Source: Utricularia gibba (lineage: Eukaryota > Plantae > Magnoliophyta). Taken from it: 64,000 nt of DNA. Both the position numbers and the translations under genes were made by a program. How positions within the stretch are numbered: the stretch's first letter is position 1; every line of letters begins with the position of its first letter. This document shows, piece after piece, positions 51,201-64,000 of this stretch. Below the pieces are notes generated by a model. It was not told the DNA's origin. It worked only from the letters and a program-made list of their open reading frames with translations, and made no database searches. Location of the stretch: the NCBI GenBank assembly GCA_002189035.1, contig CM007989.1, positions 5,208,001-5,272,000 on the forward strand. Direction: 5' to 3'.

Positions 51201-54200
51201 TCCAGATGAGCAACTCTATGCAATCAAGGCTGATGCTAGGAATACTAGTGAACCATGGTATGCTGACATTGCCAACTATCTATGCACTCACGAGATGACA
51301 TTGAACTTAAAAAGCTATGAGAAGCTAATGCTGAAAAGTGACAGCAGTCAGTATTTTTGGGAAGACCCCTATCTATGGAAAAATTGTGTTGATGGTGTGG
51401 TGCGACGATGCTTGGCTGAAGAAGGTATTCATCAAGTGTTGGCATTCTATCATGCATCTCCTTGTGAAGGGCACCATGGTCCTAATCATATTGTCAAGAA
51501 GGTGTTCGATTGTGGTTATTACTGGCCAATAGTTTTCAAGGATGCTGAGTGTTAGTGAAATGCCAATGCAGCCAATTGTTGTACCAGAAGCGTTGGATGT
51601 GTGGGGGCATAGACTTCATGGGCCTCTTTCCAAACTCTGATGGCTATGAGTACATCTTGTGGTAGTGGACTATGTTTCAAAGTGAATAGAGATGATCCCC
51701 ACCAGGTTACAAGACACTCCATCAGTCATACAATTTTTGAATAATAACATCTTTGTGATGTTTGGAATACCCAAAGCCTTGATCAGTGATCGTGGAAGCC
51801 ATTTCTTCAACAAGGCTAAGGAGAGACTGCTAAAAAGCTATGGAGTGTGGTTTAAGCCACTAACTCTTACCACCCTCAGACCAATGGGTAGGTAGAATTT
51901 TCATATCAGGAGATCAAGCAAATTCTAGAGAAGATTGTGACTTCCTCTCGTAAGGACTGGAGCTCAAAGCTGAATACACCTTGTGGCCAATTCACACAAC
52001 CTTCAAAACCCCAATTAGTATGTCTCTTTTTCTACTTGTATATGGTAAGCATTGCCATTCGCTCGTTGAATTAGAGTAGAAGGCCAAATGGGCAATCTAG
52101 CGAGTGAACTTGGAGATTCAAGGCAGTGGTGATTTGAGAAAGCTCCAACTTTCAGAGCTTTTTAAGGAACGCACAAAGAAATTTCATGATCGCCAAATTT
52201 TGCGAAAGCACTTTGAGCCTGGTCAAATGGTATTGTTGTTTCAATCAAAACTCAAACTTCACCCAGGAAAACTGAAATCTCATTGGGAGAGACCCTTTGT
52301 GATTAAAAGTGTAAATCTCATTTACTATGAATAGTCACTGGTTGAAAGTTTTTCATCAGTTGGTGACCAATGAAGTTAGATGCCGTATTGTCAGGACCCA
52401 TGCCTAGGGCCCAAGAGGTATGAGACATGACTGCCAAACCCCATCAAACGTTAGGACTCAAGGCTACTTAACCCGTTTTGTAGCATGGAGAAATAACATT
52501 AAGTTGGCTATATATATATTAACTCACAACCGTTCAAACATGCAAAAGGAACTACGTCCAGCCTACTTAGCACATTCCTCACAACATAGCTAAGGTTTCA
52601 ATAGCTATTCACGACATGCCACAACTTCTATGGGAAAACCTCTAATTTGGTTGACCACCAGACCTTCAGCCATTCCCCTCTACACCTCGAATAAGTTAAA
52701 ACATGAAGTGGTCATGCTACTGAAGTTTGGTAAAAGATAAACGTGCATGAAGTGAAGAAAGAGTGTTTGATCATAAAATCTCAAAGCCAAGCACATATCC
52801 AAGTAGTGAGTCCCATTCTCTATCTTTGCCCAATCCCCTTGACCCTTCAGCTTAGGCATCACCTCCAGATCTTAGGAAATGAGTCATGTATTGCCTAAGT
52901 CCTTTAGTAGTGTTCAGAAGAGCCACCAACCAAATACCACCTCTAAACTAAGACCATAGCATGCATATAACGTACTCCCTGGCCTTTCTTATCTGGCTTA
53001 CCCCATAGGGATGCCTCAGACATGTCTGACATATTTAGCCATGAATCCCATGGTTAAAACCATGTTGCTAGGAGCATGGGTCCACACTCCTCTCCATTTC
53101 CTATCATAAGTTCACATAGCACGTAGGGAAAAACATTGAGCACTCTATACACTTCAAAAGGGAATACCTGTTTGGAAACTGACCAACAAGGGCACCCAAT
53201 CCTTGGAAAATAACAAATTAGGTTCTGAAAGAAGGATTTTACGGACTCTAAATAGATTTGAAACATTAAGATCAGAAGGACGTGCCCTACTGGACTTTTC
53301 ACACAAAGAAGAACAGGGAAGAAAAACGGGTTAACGAAAACATGAAAGAAATCTTTCTAAGACAACATATAACAACACATAGACAATTAATCACATATGT
53401 TCCAGAGAAGCATCAAGACATGCTTCTAAAAACAGTAGCACTCATCCCACTTACCTTCCTACAGAAGTAATCAATTTCTTATGGCTAATTCCACGAAATT
53501 CCTTCCTCTTTAGCTCTAACACCCCCTTCCTTCCACAACTCTACTTCCTAAGGTATCTCCTCAACAACTCAAAGCAACTCTATCCTCCAGAACTTAAGAG
53601 ACTCCATGAGTCAGCATACCCTCTATCCTGAGGTTGCCATGTGGTCCTTCCTTTAGATAGCACTTGATTCATCTTCATTGGTTAATAAAAACAACCCCCA
53701 TACCGGTGTGGGCCCCATCCCTTATTGATTTCATAACCATGATCATTAGAGAGGTACTATGCTAAACCCCAGCATTGGTTGTCACAGGTCATAACACGTA
53801 TGGACGTTGTGGCATTCACAGAAAATTCTCTGTAAGTGACTTTGCACTCAAGTCTTACCCTAAGACATTCTACGATCCTCACTCACAGATAACTAGTATT
53901 TTACTACTTTTATTTTCTTCATGCACTTTAATTACCTTTCTACAATTTATCTTTATGCATTTTGCCTTATGTGATGTTGTGGCATCCTTGCTACCAATGC
54001 TCCTCTGCCCTCTCTTGAAACCCAACAACCCTCTGCTACCGTGGTAGATCTAGAGGACCCTCTTGATTTTCCCCTTTCTTTGGCCACACCTGGCTATTTT
54101 GTAGCCTTACTATCTCTGACCCAACGCACTCCTTCACCTCCACCTATGGTTACCCTTTCTGCTAACCCTGCGCCACCAGAATGGTTCACGTCTGGACCCC

Positions 54201-54225
54201 CAAACCCCTACTTGCACAGAGTTGT
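48297..54225 (+). mobile_element. Older Athila copy of the same family (host of 38468-48296), interrupted by a Tekay solo LTR and truncated after integrase
   Basis: Colinear with 39615-44370; sequence resumes at 53797 with the integrase end (GACGTTGTGGCATTCAC, cf. 43480). Confidence 0.88.
52389..53796 (-). mobile_element. Tekay solo LTR (1408 bp) with 5-bp TSD CGTAT
   Basis: Termini TGTCAGGACC / GGTCATAACA; CGTAT at 52384-52388 and 53797-53801; same family as the LTR before the PBS at 3029. Confidence 0.9.
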
Positions 54226-54244
54226 GCTATGAATTTTTCGCAAC

Positions 54245-57182
54245 TTTTATAGGATGCATCAAGACACACCCCAGGCCTTCCTAAGATGCATCTCTGAAAT
54301 CCTCATCCATCTTAGGTGATGAGATTATAGATGCTACAGATGATCACAATGAAGATAAAGGACAGAAGATCAATTATCTTCTATTGATTTTAGTTCGGCC
54401 AATCACTAGATCAAGAGCAAGAAAGAATCAAGAGGTGCTAAAGGGCTATGGGTCAATCAACAAAGCTATGAGGTTTTTGGCATAGAATTCAAACTTCTCA
54501 AAGTGGACCAAATTGATTAGAGGAAGCCCATTACTCCCAAATACATTATTACTACTTTTCTTTTGAAAAGGCCAAATCCTTCATCTATATAAGAAGGGTC
54601 TTAATCTTGTTTTGAACAACTTTGATGGTAATTACTTTTGAGAGCAACGCTCCTTTTTTGAGTTCTTGTAGAACTTTAGACTTATCAAGCCTTACTTGTG
54701 GTGTCTAGTGTGTGGTTTATCACTCCTAATTTCTTCCTTGATTCTATGAGTGTGGTACCATTTCATAGTTTGGGTTGCAAGGATTTTCAATCCTTGAGGG
54801 TTGTTTTTCTTGAAGGATTGTTTTTTTTTAACCAAGATCTAGTTTGCCAATCACTTGTTGATTGGAGGATTGTATCATTAGGTAACACAATAACAGCTGC
54901 TGAGCCTTTTGTTCATTAATAGGAAGCTCCTCTCACATTGTCCACACCATTTGTATTTCACTCTCTTCTTTTTCAATTTTCTAAGAGGGCTAGCTATCCT
55001 CAAAAACCCCTCTGTAAACATATAAAGTTTCTATAATACCTAGAAAAACCCAGCAAACAACGAATTTCCTTGAGGCTTCCTAGTCGAGGCCACTCCTTTA
55101 CTGCAGCAACCTTATCAAGATCAACCCTAATGCCATTATCCGATACTATGTGGTCAAGGAAAGCAACACTTGCATGTCAAAAGTCACACTTGGTGAGCTG
55201 CGCATAGAGATGGTTCTCTCTCCTATTTCACATTACACTTCTAAGGTGCTCACCAAGCTATTGTTGATCCCTTGAGTAAATAAGAATATCATCAATTACT
55301 AGAATAACAAAATTGTCTAGGTGTGGCTTGAGAACTCTATTCATGAGATCGATAAACATGGCAGGTGCATTTGTCAATCCAAAAGAGGCCATTGTGCATC
55401 CATCGTGTTCATACCTGATTCTAAAAGTTGTTTTAGAAATTTCCTCTTCATTTACATGTAGCTGATGGTTGCCAGAGCATAAATCCCATTCGGAGAAAAT
55501 CGTAGCTCCATGCAATTGATCAAACAAAGCATCTATTCTTGTTAATGGATTCTTATTCCTCATAGTCACCTTGTTGGGCTCTCTATAGTCATTACACAAT
55601 CTCAAACTCCCATCTTTCTTCTTAACAAATAAAACCAAGGCTCCCCATGGTGATAAATTTGACCTTATACGTCCCATATCAAGTAGATCACACAATTGCT
55701 TCTTTAGGTCAATCAGCTCTTGAGGTGTCATCCTATATGGAGCATTGGATATTGATTGAGTGTTTGGTAACAATTCAATGGACAGCTCTAGTTCCCTTCT
55801 TGTTGGATGACCTAGTAGCTCATTTAGGAAGACATCACTAAACTCATTCACAACCGGAATGTCTTCAATCCTCTTCATCTTAGGCTCTATGGTAATAAAA
55901 GTTAAGTACCTGATAAACTGATAAGGGGGTATGCTATTAAGATAATCTTGAGGCCTTTCCTTCTCAAACTATAAGCTTCCCATCCTTCAGTCTTCGTTCC
56001 CACTTCCCACAATCTACCACTAGCTCATATTTTCCTAGCCAATCCGATTCCAAGATTACATCAAAGTCAATGAGGCCTAGCTCCCCTAAGTTCACTAGAT
56101 GCCACTTATCATCAATATCAACCAAGTCTATATCTTCCTACACCTAAGTCTATGCTGCCTTGATGGGGTTGCTAACTTTGTGGACGTATCCTCAACTACC
56201 TTATTTAATGAATGATCAAATATCTTGGACACAAACGAATGTGTAGCACCACAATCAATTAACACACATATTGGAATAAATTTGACAAAGAGTGTACTTG
56301 TGATCACATTTAGGCCATTGCAAATACTCGAGCCTCTACGGTCCCTCTATCCTTGGTCATACCTCCCTGCACATTTCTAGGGTTCCTAGCTAGGCATTCA
56401 GTAATTAAATGACCTTCCTTCCCACAAGCAAAACATGCCCGAGTTCCAAGCTGACATTCTCTTGGATGTCACTTATGCCACCTGGTGCATTTTGGGTAAG
56501 AAGTTAAATCCTTCCTCTTAACTTAAATGATCACATTTGAGTGGTGGATTCCCTCCTCTATCTCCAATGGTCTTTTTTCTTTTCATTGCTAAATCCTTCC
56601 TCTTAAGTTAAGTCTCCACCATGATGGCTATGCCCACTACATCAACAAAATTTGGTCTCTTATGTCCTGCTAATGCCATCTTAACCTTCCATTGAGGCCT
56701 TCATTGAACTTATGTGTTTTCTCTTTTTCTTCAGCCATCAACTAGGGTGCATGCCGTTCATTTTCATGGAATTTACTTGTACTCAGTCATAGTCATGGGC
56801 CTTGTCGAATTCCATCAAATTCCATTCTTTTTGGCATGTCTCAACTAATTAGAAAGAAGTTACCATAAAAGAAGTTACCATGCTGTAGCATTTCCGTCCA
56901 GCCAGTGCACCACTAGCTCCACACTCCTCTCTTCACGCTTGAAAATCATCGGATGTTCCTACCTTGGAAGTTTGTACACCAACGTTCTTGAGGGACTCAT
57001 TATAATCCTTTGCTTCATTAACATGTTGGCAAGCCACCCCATCACCAGCAACACCTTTGCCTGTATTCCCTGAATTGTTCCTCATGACATTGGCACCCAC
57101 ATTTGTAAGGCGTGTTACTGCTGCAGGCAAGTTTTGAACAAGCTCTCGCATGATTTCTTCACCTCCATAACCTGGTGATCCA
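54245..57182 (-). pseudogene. gag-pol: Tekay gag-protease-RT-start of RNaseH
   Basis: [31 protein letters not shown]...[23 protein letters not shown] beyond the solo LTR. Confidence 0.9.
54317..54877 (+). mobile_element. CRM solo LTR (561 bp) with 5-bp TSD TTAGG
   Basis: TGATGAG...GTATCA; TTAGG at 54312-54316 and 54878-54882; encodes PITRSRARK (CR motif). Confidence 0.92.
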
Positions 57183-58616
57183 TGTTTGAGTATGTGTTCT
57201 AGAGACAATCAACTCATTGGCAAATCTTATCTTTTAATATTTATATTGAATTGTGATCAAATTTATATCATTGATAAAATCCTCTACTTGATCTATGTGC
57301 TATAGAAATTATGATGAGATTATAATGTGAGATTCTTTAAGCACTCATGATCAAGTTAAAACTCCCTGGCTAGAGTATTTGTGGATGAGGATATCATAAA
57401 TACGGATAAGCTGGCACACATTAAGTTCCCTAAACTGTTTAAGGAATGGTTCTCACAATTGATGTAATGAGATTACTAGAACCTATGTGTGGGTGTCGAT
57501 TAGATAATCGATTCACTGGATTACTCATCTTCAAGATGCTAATATGGGAAGCTAACCAAGTGTCAGTATCAAGATCTCGAATATGACACCCATGCAACTA
57601 AGCTTTTACTTGAGATCAACAAAGTTATCTTGATATTAAGCTCACATTTTCGCTCATTACTAATAGGAGCCTAACCATGGCTTGCCTACTATGGATGAGT
57701 AGGGCTGTGACTCCTTAAGGTTGGAGATAGTTGATTGATCAATAAAGGATTCATCACTCATGTTAGCAATGAGATCATATCTCAAGTAATTACATCAAAG
57801 TCTAACAGTAAGTCCTGGGCCCAAGGTAATGACACTCGAATTGTTTGAGTAGGTCATTGAGTGTTAGTGCTGAATGCAATTATAAGTTCGATACATCAGA
57901 AAGACACACACCCATGTTCTGGTATCGAATGAGATATAAGTATGATGAAAGCTGTTCATTGCATGGTGGCTGGTCATGGAAAGGCTCAATCAGTTCACCT
58001 GATTATTCTTTAATCTTGAGGATCATGATATGTTGCTAGACATCACTCATGATCGATAATGATGGATTTGATTAATTAAGAGTTAATTAATAAATCCATT
58101 ATTACGGCCTTGATTGAAGAAGCCTATAGGGTCACACACAATAGTGGAGTCACTCATTGATATAAAATAGAATGACACAATTACATGAGATGTAATTGGT
58201 AAGGTGGATAAATTAAATAGCGAGTTATTTTGAGATTAAACTCAAAATAAAAGATCTCATATAGATATGATTTGATATGTCAAAAAATATCTGTCAAAAA
58301 GATTTAGATCTTGAGATCTGCTCCAAGGTCTTCGTGCTCTCTGAGATTAATCCACAAGAAGGCGTTTTTCTCTACTAGCACTTGAGAAATTCGACCAGCA
58401 TTCAAGAGCCTTGAGAAGGTTATCGACGGAGTGCTCCACGTGTGGATACCATAGAGGCCGTCTGTTATTGGCGGTTGGTGAACAACGGAGTCATCTGAAA
58501 GGTACTTTGAACATCCCTATGTCTGATGTATACCATATTCCAAGATCTGCGTTGGGGGTTTCTCAAAATTTTTAAAATTCCTTTTGAGACATACGATGTC
58601 TACGAGAAACCTAACA
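57183..58616 (+). mobile_element. Complete Angela LTR without TSD (flanks come from unrelated elements)
   Basis: TGTTTGAGTATGTGTTCT...CCTAACA; flanks ATCCA and GAGAT do not match. Confidence 0.88.
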
Positions 58617-58639
58617 GAGATCTCGTGAATGCATATAAA

Positions 58640-59020
58640 GATATTTCATCAAAATCATTGCTTCCTTAGTCGCATAATCATACTTGCTATCCAATGAGCA
58701 TAGGAATTTCTCAACAAAGAAGACATTGGGTAGCATCTCTTCAAACTTTTCATTTGATTAGAAATACCTTGGACACAAATTACATAATCACCAATACTTT
58801 GATGAAGTGACCCAAACTCTCCTCGAAGAGTTTGCAATCGAGCTATATTCACTTTGTCAACCCCTTGACAAGGGTTTGATAAGGCATTTCATACCTATTT
58901 TGCAGTCGTTGCAACTACAAAAAGCCTACATATGACACATCTCATAACATAGCTCTCTACAGCCATTAAAAGACCTCTGATATTTTGGACATCCATACTC
59001 CTACTTTGGTTGAGTTCTTC
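58640..59020 (-). pseudogene. gag: Copia gag fragment
   Basis: RLQTLRGEFGSL..IGDYV..VQGISNQMK. Confidence 0.7.
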
Positions 59021-59059
59021 AATTCCTAGATCTCGAGTATAATATAGAATATGTTCGTG

Positions 59060-59377
59060 CACTCTTTTTCCTAACTACTAGGTGTAGTGACCAACTGATT
59101 TACTTCCCTTTTGCATTTTATGAGCTTTCACAATATTTTCTAAATGCTTTTAACCTTGAAACATGTTCAAGCTATTTACATTTATTTTATGTCTTATGCT
59201 CATCAGATCTAAATCCCTAGAGACTCCCCAGCTATTAGTAAATGTAAAGGACTCCATCAAATTACAATCATTCTCTCTGAATACGACTATTATTTACCAT
59301 GTTACATTAATTCTCATGATTTATATAGAAGAATAGTTAGGTTTATAAGTTTCTTTTGAAGGCTTTAAACTTCATCA
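59060..59377 (+). mobile_element. Diverged Athila-like LTR 3' fragment
   Basis: GGTTTATAAGTTTCTTTTGA...TTCATCA resembles the LTR end at 39100-39169. Confidence 0.45.
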
Positions 59378-59639
59378 TAGGAAAAGCCTATGCTTAGCAA
59401 AGACATTAACGAGTTCGAATGGATGTTTCATCTTCTGGGTGTAAATGAGCATGGCTAAGCATTCCCAAAAGTTGAGTGAATTTATGCTCAAGGTCTACAC
59501 TAGAAGAAAAAGTGCCAAATGAAAGGAACAATAGGGGGTATATATAGAGACTCAGCTTATGAATGATGCAATGCTCATTACGGATCTAAGATATAATATT
59601 CTAAGTTTAAGAAAATCTTAGAGAAGGGATTTTATATGC

Positions 59640-60005
59640 ATTTAGAAAACAACAAGTTGGAAATATAATATTAAAACAAGAGAATTATTGCAATTGGATG
59701 CTTTTCGAAGACATGTTATGGAACTGAAGCATGGAAGTGAGAGTTTTAATGATTTACCAATGCTTAGTAAGAAGGTAATGATTAAAGGAATAGCAACCAT
59801 CCCACATCTAAATCAAGTATGTAACGAAGGATGTTCTTGGAAAACACACAAGAAATATTATAACATTCTACTTTCAAGTGAAACACCACCTAGAATTGAT
59901 CCATGGAGAGATTTGTTGACTAATCAAGCTAAGCACTATGAGAGGAAACAACTATTTTTTGTTATCTATTGATGATTATATGAGAAAGTTATTGATTTAT
60001 CTCAT
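59640..60005 (+). pseudogene. Copia GAG-pre-integrase/integrase fragment
   Basis: HLNQVCNEG...FFVIY*DDY pattern. Confidence 0.55.
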
Positions 60006-60011
60006 AAAGTA

Positions 60012-60270
60012 GTGATAAACGGAAATTTTAGCATATCGTTGTAATAAAAGCAAACTTCTGTATCAAATACATTTATAATCCCTAATCCTCACAAAATACA
60101 AATTAAACACAAAGTGTACAGTGGAATTCGAGGTCAAGCACAAGGAGCTTGTGTTTGTCATGTATTTCAGCAAATGCAGAATTCAAAGTAATGGTAAGTC
60201 TTAGTCTAAGCTCGGACCAACAGTGGTAAACAGGTTCGGTAAACGAGATCAATAAACAATATCAGGTCTT
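60012..60270 (-). mobile_element. Athila LTR 3' end, related to 14410-14660
   Basis: TGATAAACGGAAATTT...AACAGTGGTAAACA shared. Confidence 0.75.
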
Positions 60271-60499
60271 AAGACTATCCACTACACGTGTCAATCGGCC
60301 GTTTCATGTGTTGAACGAGCTTCTGCTAAGCTAGAAGATACTCTTGGAATATTGAAATAAGACCAGGTAATAAAGGCTACACAGCCGTTGGAAGTGGGCA
60401 ACTCAATCAGCCCTGGTTTCGCGGGTTTGTTAGGCTGTTGAGATCTGAAACTTGGTCATTACATGATCTCATTCGATATTATTAGATATTGGTAATAAA

Positions 60500-63400
60500 G
60501 TGCCCTACAAGCACTTGAATGCAAGGTCGCTGCACAAGAACAAGTCATGGAGAGAGCACTAGCTACACTCAACCTTGGAAAGCAGGATAGAAAATATCCA
60601 GAAGGACGAAAAAGAGGAAAAGGGAAGGAAAAAGGGATGTTTCCCCCTTGCAAACATTGTAAGAGAACATCACATACTAAAGACGTATGTTATTGGAGAC
60701 CAGATGCCCAATGCTCCAAATGCAACCAATTGAGCCATGTTGACAAGGTATGCTAGCAAAAAAAGGAAGCTCAAGCGAATGTCTCAGCTATTGAGACAGC
60801 TCAGAAAAAGCAAGTGGAGACACTATTTACTGCTTGTTTGCTTAACCCTATAAAGCTTTATAGTGCTACAAAACATGAGTCTCTATGTGTAGCAACAATG
60901 TCAGACACAAGTTCTACCTCAAATAAAGGATGGTTCGACGACTCAACTTGATCTGCTCACATGATTGGTGATGAAAGATACTTTGAGACTTTGGATTATT
61001 CAAGTACAGCAAGTGTGAGACTTGGAAATAATGAGCTCCTAGATGCCATTGGTAAAGGCACAGTAATGGTGCATACTCCTCTAGGGTTAAAGCGTCTGGA
61101 GAATGTTTACCTAGTCTTAAAAATGAGTATCAACCATCTAAGTGTGAAGAAGCTAGATGATAGAGGATACTTTTTCACATTTGGAAGGGGAACCTGTGTA
61201 ATCTTGGATCCAAACGGTGATGTCATCTCCAGAACACCGGCAACCAGAGGTACTTATTTCTTACCTTGGACCTTAGTTCCACAAGAATCGGCTAACCCTG
61301 CTAGGCTAAACAAACATGTGAGATGGCATAAAGCACTTGGACATGCCAACTTCCAAGTTCTTCAATCCATGAGTAAAGGCAGAGTCTGTAGAGAATTCCC
61401 AACACTAAGGTACCTTGCTGAAATGAAGTGTTCAATATGTCTTCAAGGCAAAATGAAACAACTACCATTCCCTCAACAAGCATGCTTCCGAGCGGAGAGA
61501 CTGATGGAGTTGGTAAATTCTGATGTTTGTGGCCCAATGAGTGTTGAATCACTTGAAGAGAGTAGGCACTTCATTAACTTCATTGGTGATAAGTCACGTT
61601 ATTGCTGGATGTTCTTTATGAAGTACAAGTCATAGGCCTTTGAGCACTTCATCACCTTCAAGGCCTCTACTGAAAGAGCCTCTGGAGAAAAGCTGAAATG
61701 ACTTCGTACAGATAATGGAGGCGAATTCAACTCCCTGACATTCAAGGAAGAATTAAGAAGAGAAGGCATCAAACATCACAAAATTGTGATTTACTCACCA
61801 GCACAAAATGGCGTAGTAGGACGAAGAAATGCTACAATTATGGCCATGGCTAGATGCCTACTTTTGGAGAAGAAGTTGCCTAAGTACTTTCGGAGTGAAG
61901 CAGTTGCAACCACAGTGTACATCCAACATAGGTTACTCACTCATAGCTTGAAAGGAGTGACACCGTATGAAGCATGGAATGGAAGATCACCAAACCTCGG
62001 GCATCTTAAGGTATTCGGATCTGTGGCTTATGTGCTTATTCGTGTTGAATGTAGAACCAAACTGGATAGTAGATCTGTGGCTGGGATATTCATTGGATAC
62101 TCTGAAGAAACAAAAGGTTAAAGAGTCTATAATCCAAAAAACAAGAAATTCAGTGTGGCAAGAAGTCTATGGATTGATAAAGATGATCAGTGGGATTGGG
62201 ATCATAGCATGCCTACGTCACACGTATCTAGTGCAACACCAAAAGTAAGATCTTATACTGCATTAGATTTTCTTCTAGATGACTTAGATGAAGATGCTTA
62301 TCCTAGTGAAACCACTGAGATTCCCGAAGACAGTGGTGATCTTGACCCTTGGAGTGATGATGGTACAGACAGTAATAGTCAAAACAACACTCCATCCAGA
62401 TCCACCACTGAAAGCAATCATGACAACAGATCATCATTTGAGACACCTCCCCTCATAACTAGATCTCTAGCAGATATGTACAAGTCAACACAACCAATAC
62501 AGATGTGAGATTTAAACCTTCCTGAGTTTGCCAATACAGTGGTGTCTACAACAGAGCCCTCAACACTTGCTGAAGCACTTCAACAACCTCAACGGAGAAA
62601 GACCATGGAAGAGGAAATTATGATGATCCAAAAGCACAAAACGTGGATACTGGTCGATCCACCAACCGGAGCCAATATCATAGAACTAAAATGGGTGTTC
62701 AAGGTCAAGACCAACCCAGATGAAACACTCCAAAGGTACAAAGCCAGATACTTGTAGAATCTCACATTATGATCTCATCATAATTTCTATAGCACATAGA
62801 TCAAGTAGAAGATTTTATCAATGATGTAAACTTGATCACAATTCAAGGTAAACATCAAAGGACAATATTTGCCAATGAATTGATTGTATATAGAACACAT
62901 ACACCACATTGACACTATAAGCCTACTAGATGAATGTTAAGTCAACCTTCTTGAATAGTGAGTTGCAAAAAAAAATATATTGTGTGCAGCCTACACGTTT
63001 CTAAGTAGCAGAAAACAAAGTTCTCCTGCTACTTAAGGCTCTATATGGCCTGAAACAGGTACCTCGTGCTTGGTATGAGAAATTGGAAAAGGTATTACTT
63101 GACTTTGGTTTTCATAAAAGCAAAAATGAGGCTGCCTTATTCACAATTCCACAAGATAAATCTGGAATTCTGATAGTTGTGATATATGTAGATGATATCA
63201 CGATTACAGGTAATGATTTGAATCATATTACCAAGTTTAAAGAATTCTTGAAGGAAAAATTCGACATGACAGACTTGGGAAAAATTCTTGGGAATGGAAG
63301 TGAAGCAACAACAAGAAGGGATCTTTCTATGGCAAGAAAAGTTCAACAAGAATTTGCTAAGTTTGGATTCTCTGAATGTTCATCGGTAAATATTCCTATG

Positions 63401-63519
63401 CTTCAAAACTACAAGTCATTAAGCACAGCAGCTGGAGAGCCAATAGATCATACACTTTATAGATCCATTGTTGGATCATTGATGTTTCTGACTAATATTC
63501 GTCCATATATTATGTTTGC
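60500..63519 (+). mobile_element. Degenerate copia (Ivana/Ale-like, distinct family): knuckles, protease, integrase, RT
   Basis: CKHCKRTSH..CYWRPDAQCSKCNQ, WHKALGH, LVNSDVCGP, RTDNGGEF, KWVFKVK, YVDDI. Confidence 0.88.
62755..62908 (-). mobile_element. Remnant 5' end of an Angela LTR inside the copia RT
   Basis: Reverse complement of 57183-57340. Confidence 0.75.
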
Positions 63520-64000
63520 TGTTAATGTATGTGTTTTAGAGACAATCAACTCCTTGGTAAATCTTATCTTTTGATATTTACTTTAAATTGTGATCAAATT
63601 TATATCATTGATAAAATCCTCTTCTTGATCTATAAGCCATAGAAATTATGATAAGATCATAATGTGAGATTCTTCAACCATTTATGTTCAACTTAAAAGC
63701 TCCCTAGTTAGAGTGTTTGTGAAATGAGGATATCATAAATACGGATAAGTTAGCACACATTGAGTTTCCTAAACTGTTTAGGCAATGGTTCTCACAATTT
63801 ATGTAATAAGATTACTAGAACCTATGTATGGGTGTCGATTAGAGAATCGATTCACTGGATGACTCATCTTCGAGATGCTATTATGGGAAGCTAACCAAGT
63901 GTCAGTAGTAAGATTTTGATTATGACAGCCGTGCAAGTAAGCTTAGACTTAAGGTCAACAAAGTCATCTTTATCTTAAGCTCACATTTTCGCTCATTACT
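63520..64000 (+). mobile_element. Angela LTR, runs off the window
   Basis: TGTTAATGTATGTGTTTTAGAGACAATC; colinear with 57183-57660. Confidence 0.88.

Noticed and set aside
20392-64000. Recurrent ~1.4-kb repeat as a satellite or CRISPR-like array
   Set aside because: It has TG..CA termini, a following PBS and a TSD, so it is an LTR; there is no short regular repeat-spacer structure.

Overview
Gene-free, heterochromatic-looking plant nuclear DNA made of nested and heavily deleted LTR retrotransposons. Ty3/gypsy lineages: Athila (one near-full element on minus at 5846-15327, one full element at 38468-48296 inserted in a third copy), CRM and Tekay. Ty1/copia lineages: Angela-like and Ivana-like. 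Three solo LTRs have perfect 5-bp TSDs. No intact host gene, RNA gene or CRISPR array is visible, and every retroelement ORF is broken. The one component not explained by known retroelements is a ~3.2-kb two-unit repeat (called P and Q here), present as about seven fragments between 520 and 34200. P and Q are diverged paralogous reading frames of roughly 530 codons. Their differences concentrate at synonymous positions, and they alternate head-to-tail with only ~28-29 nt between stop and start. They look like the oldest layer, into which LTR elements inserted. I cannot assign them to a protein family; an integrated concatemer of an unknown virus or circular replicon is the leading but unproven hypothesis. 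All alignments and coordinates were read by eye, and fragment ends are approximate to a few tens of bases unless a TSD or terminus is quoted.
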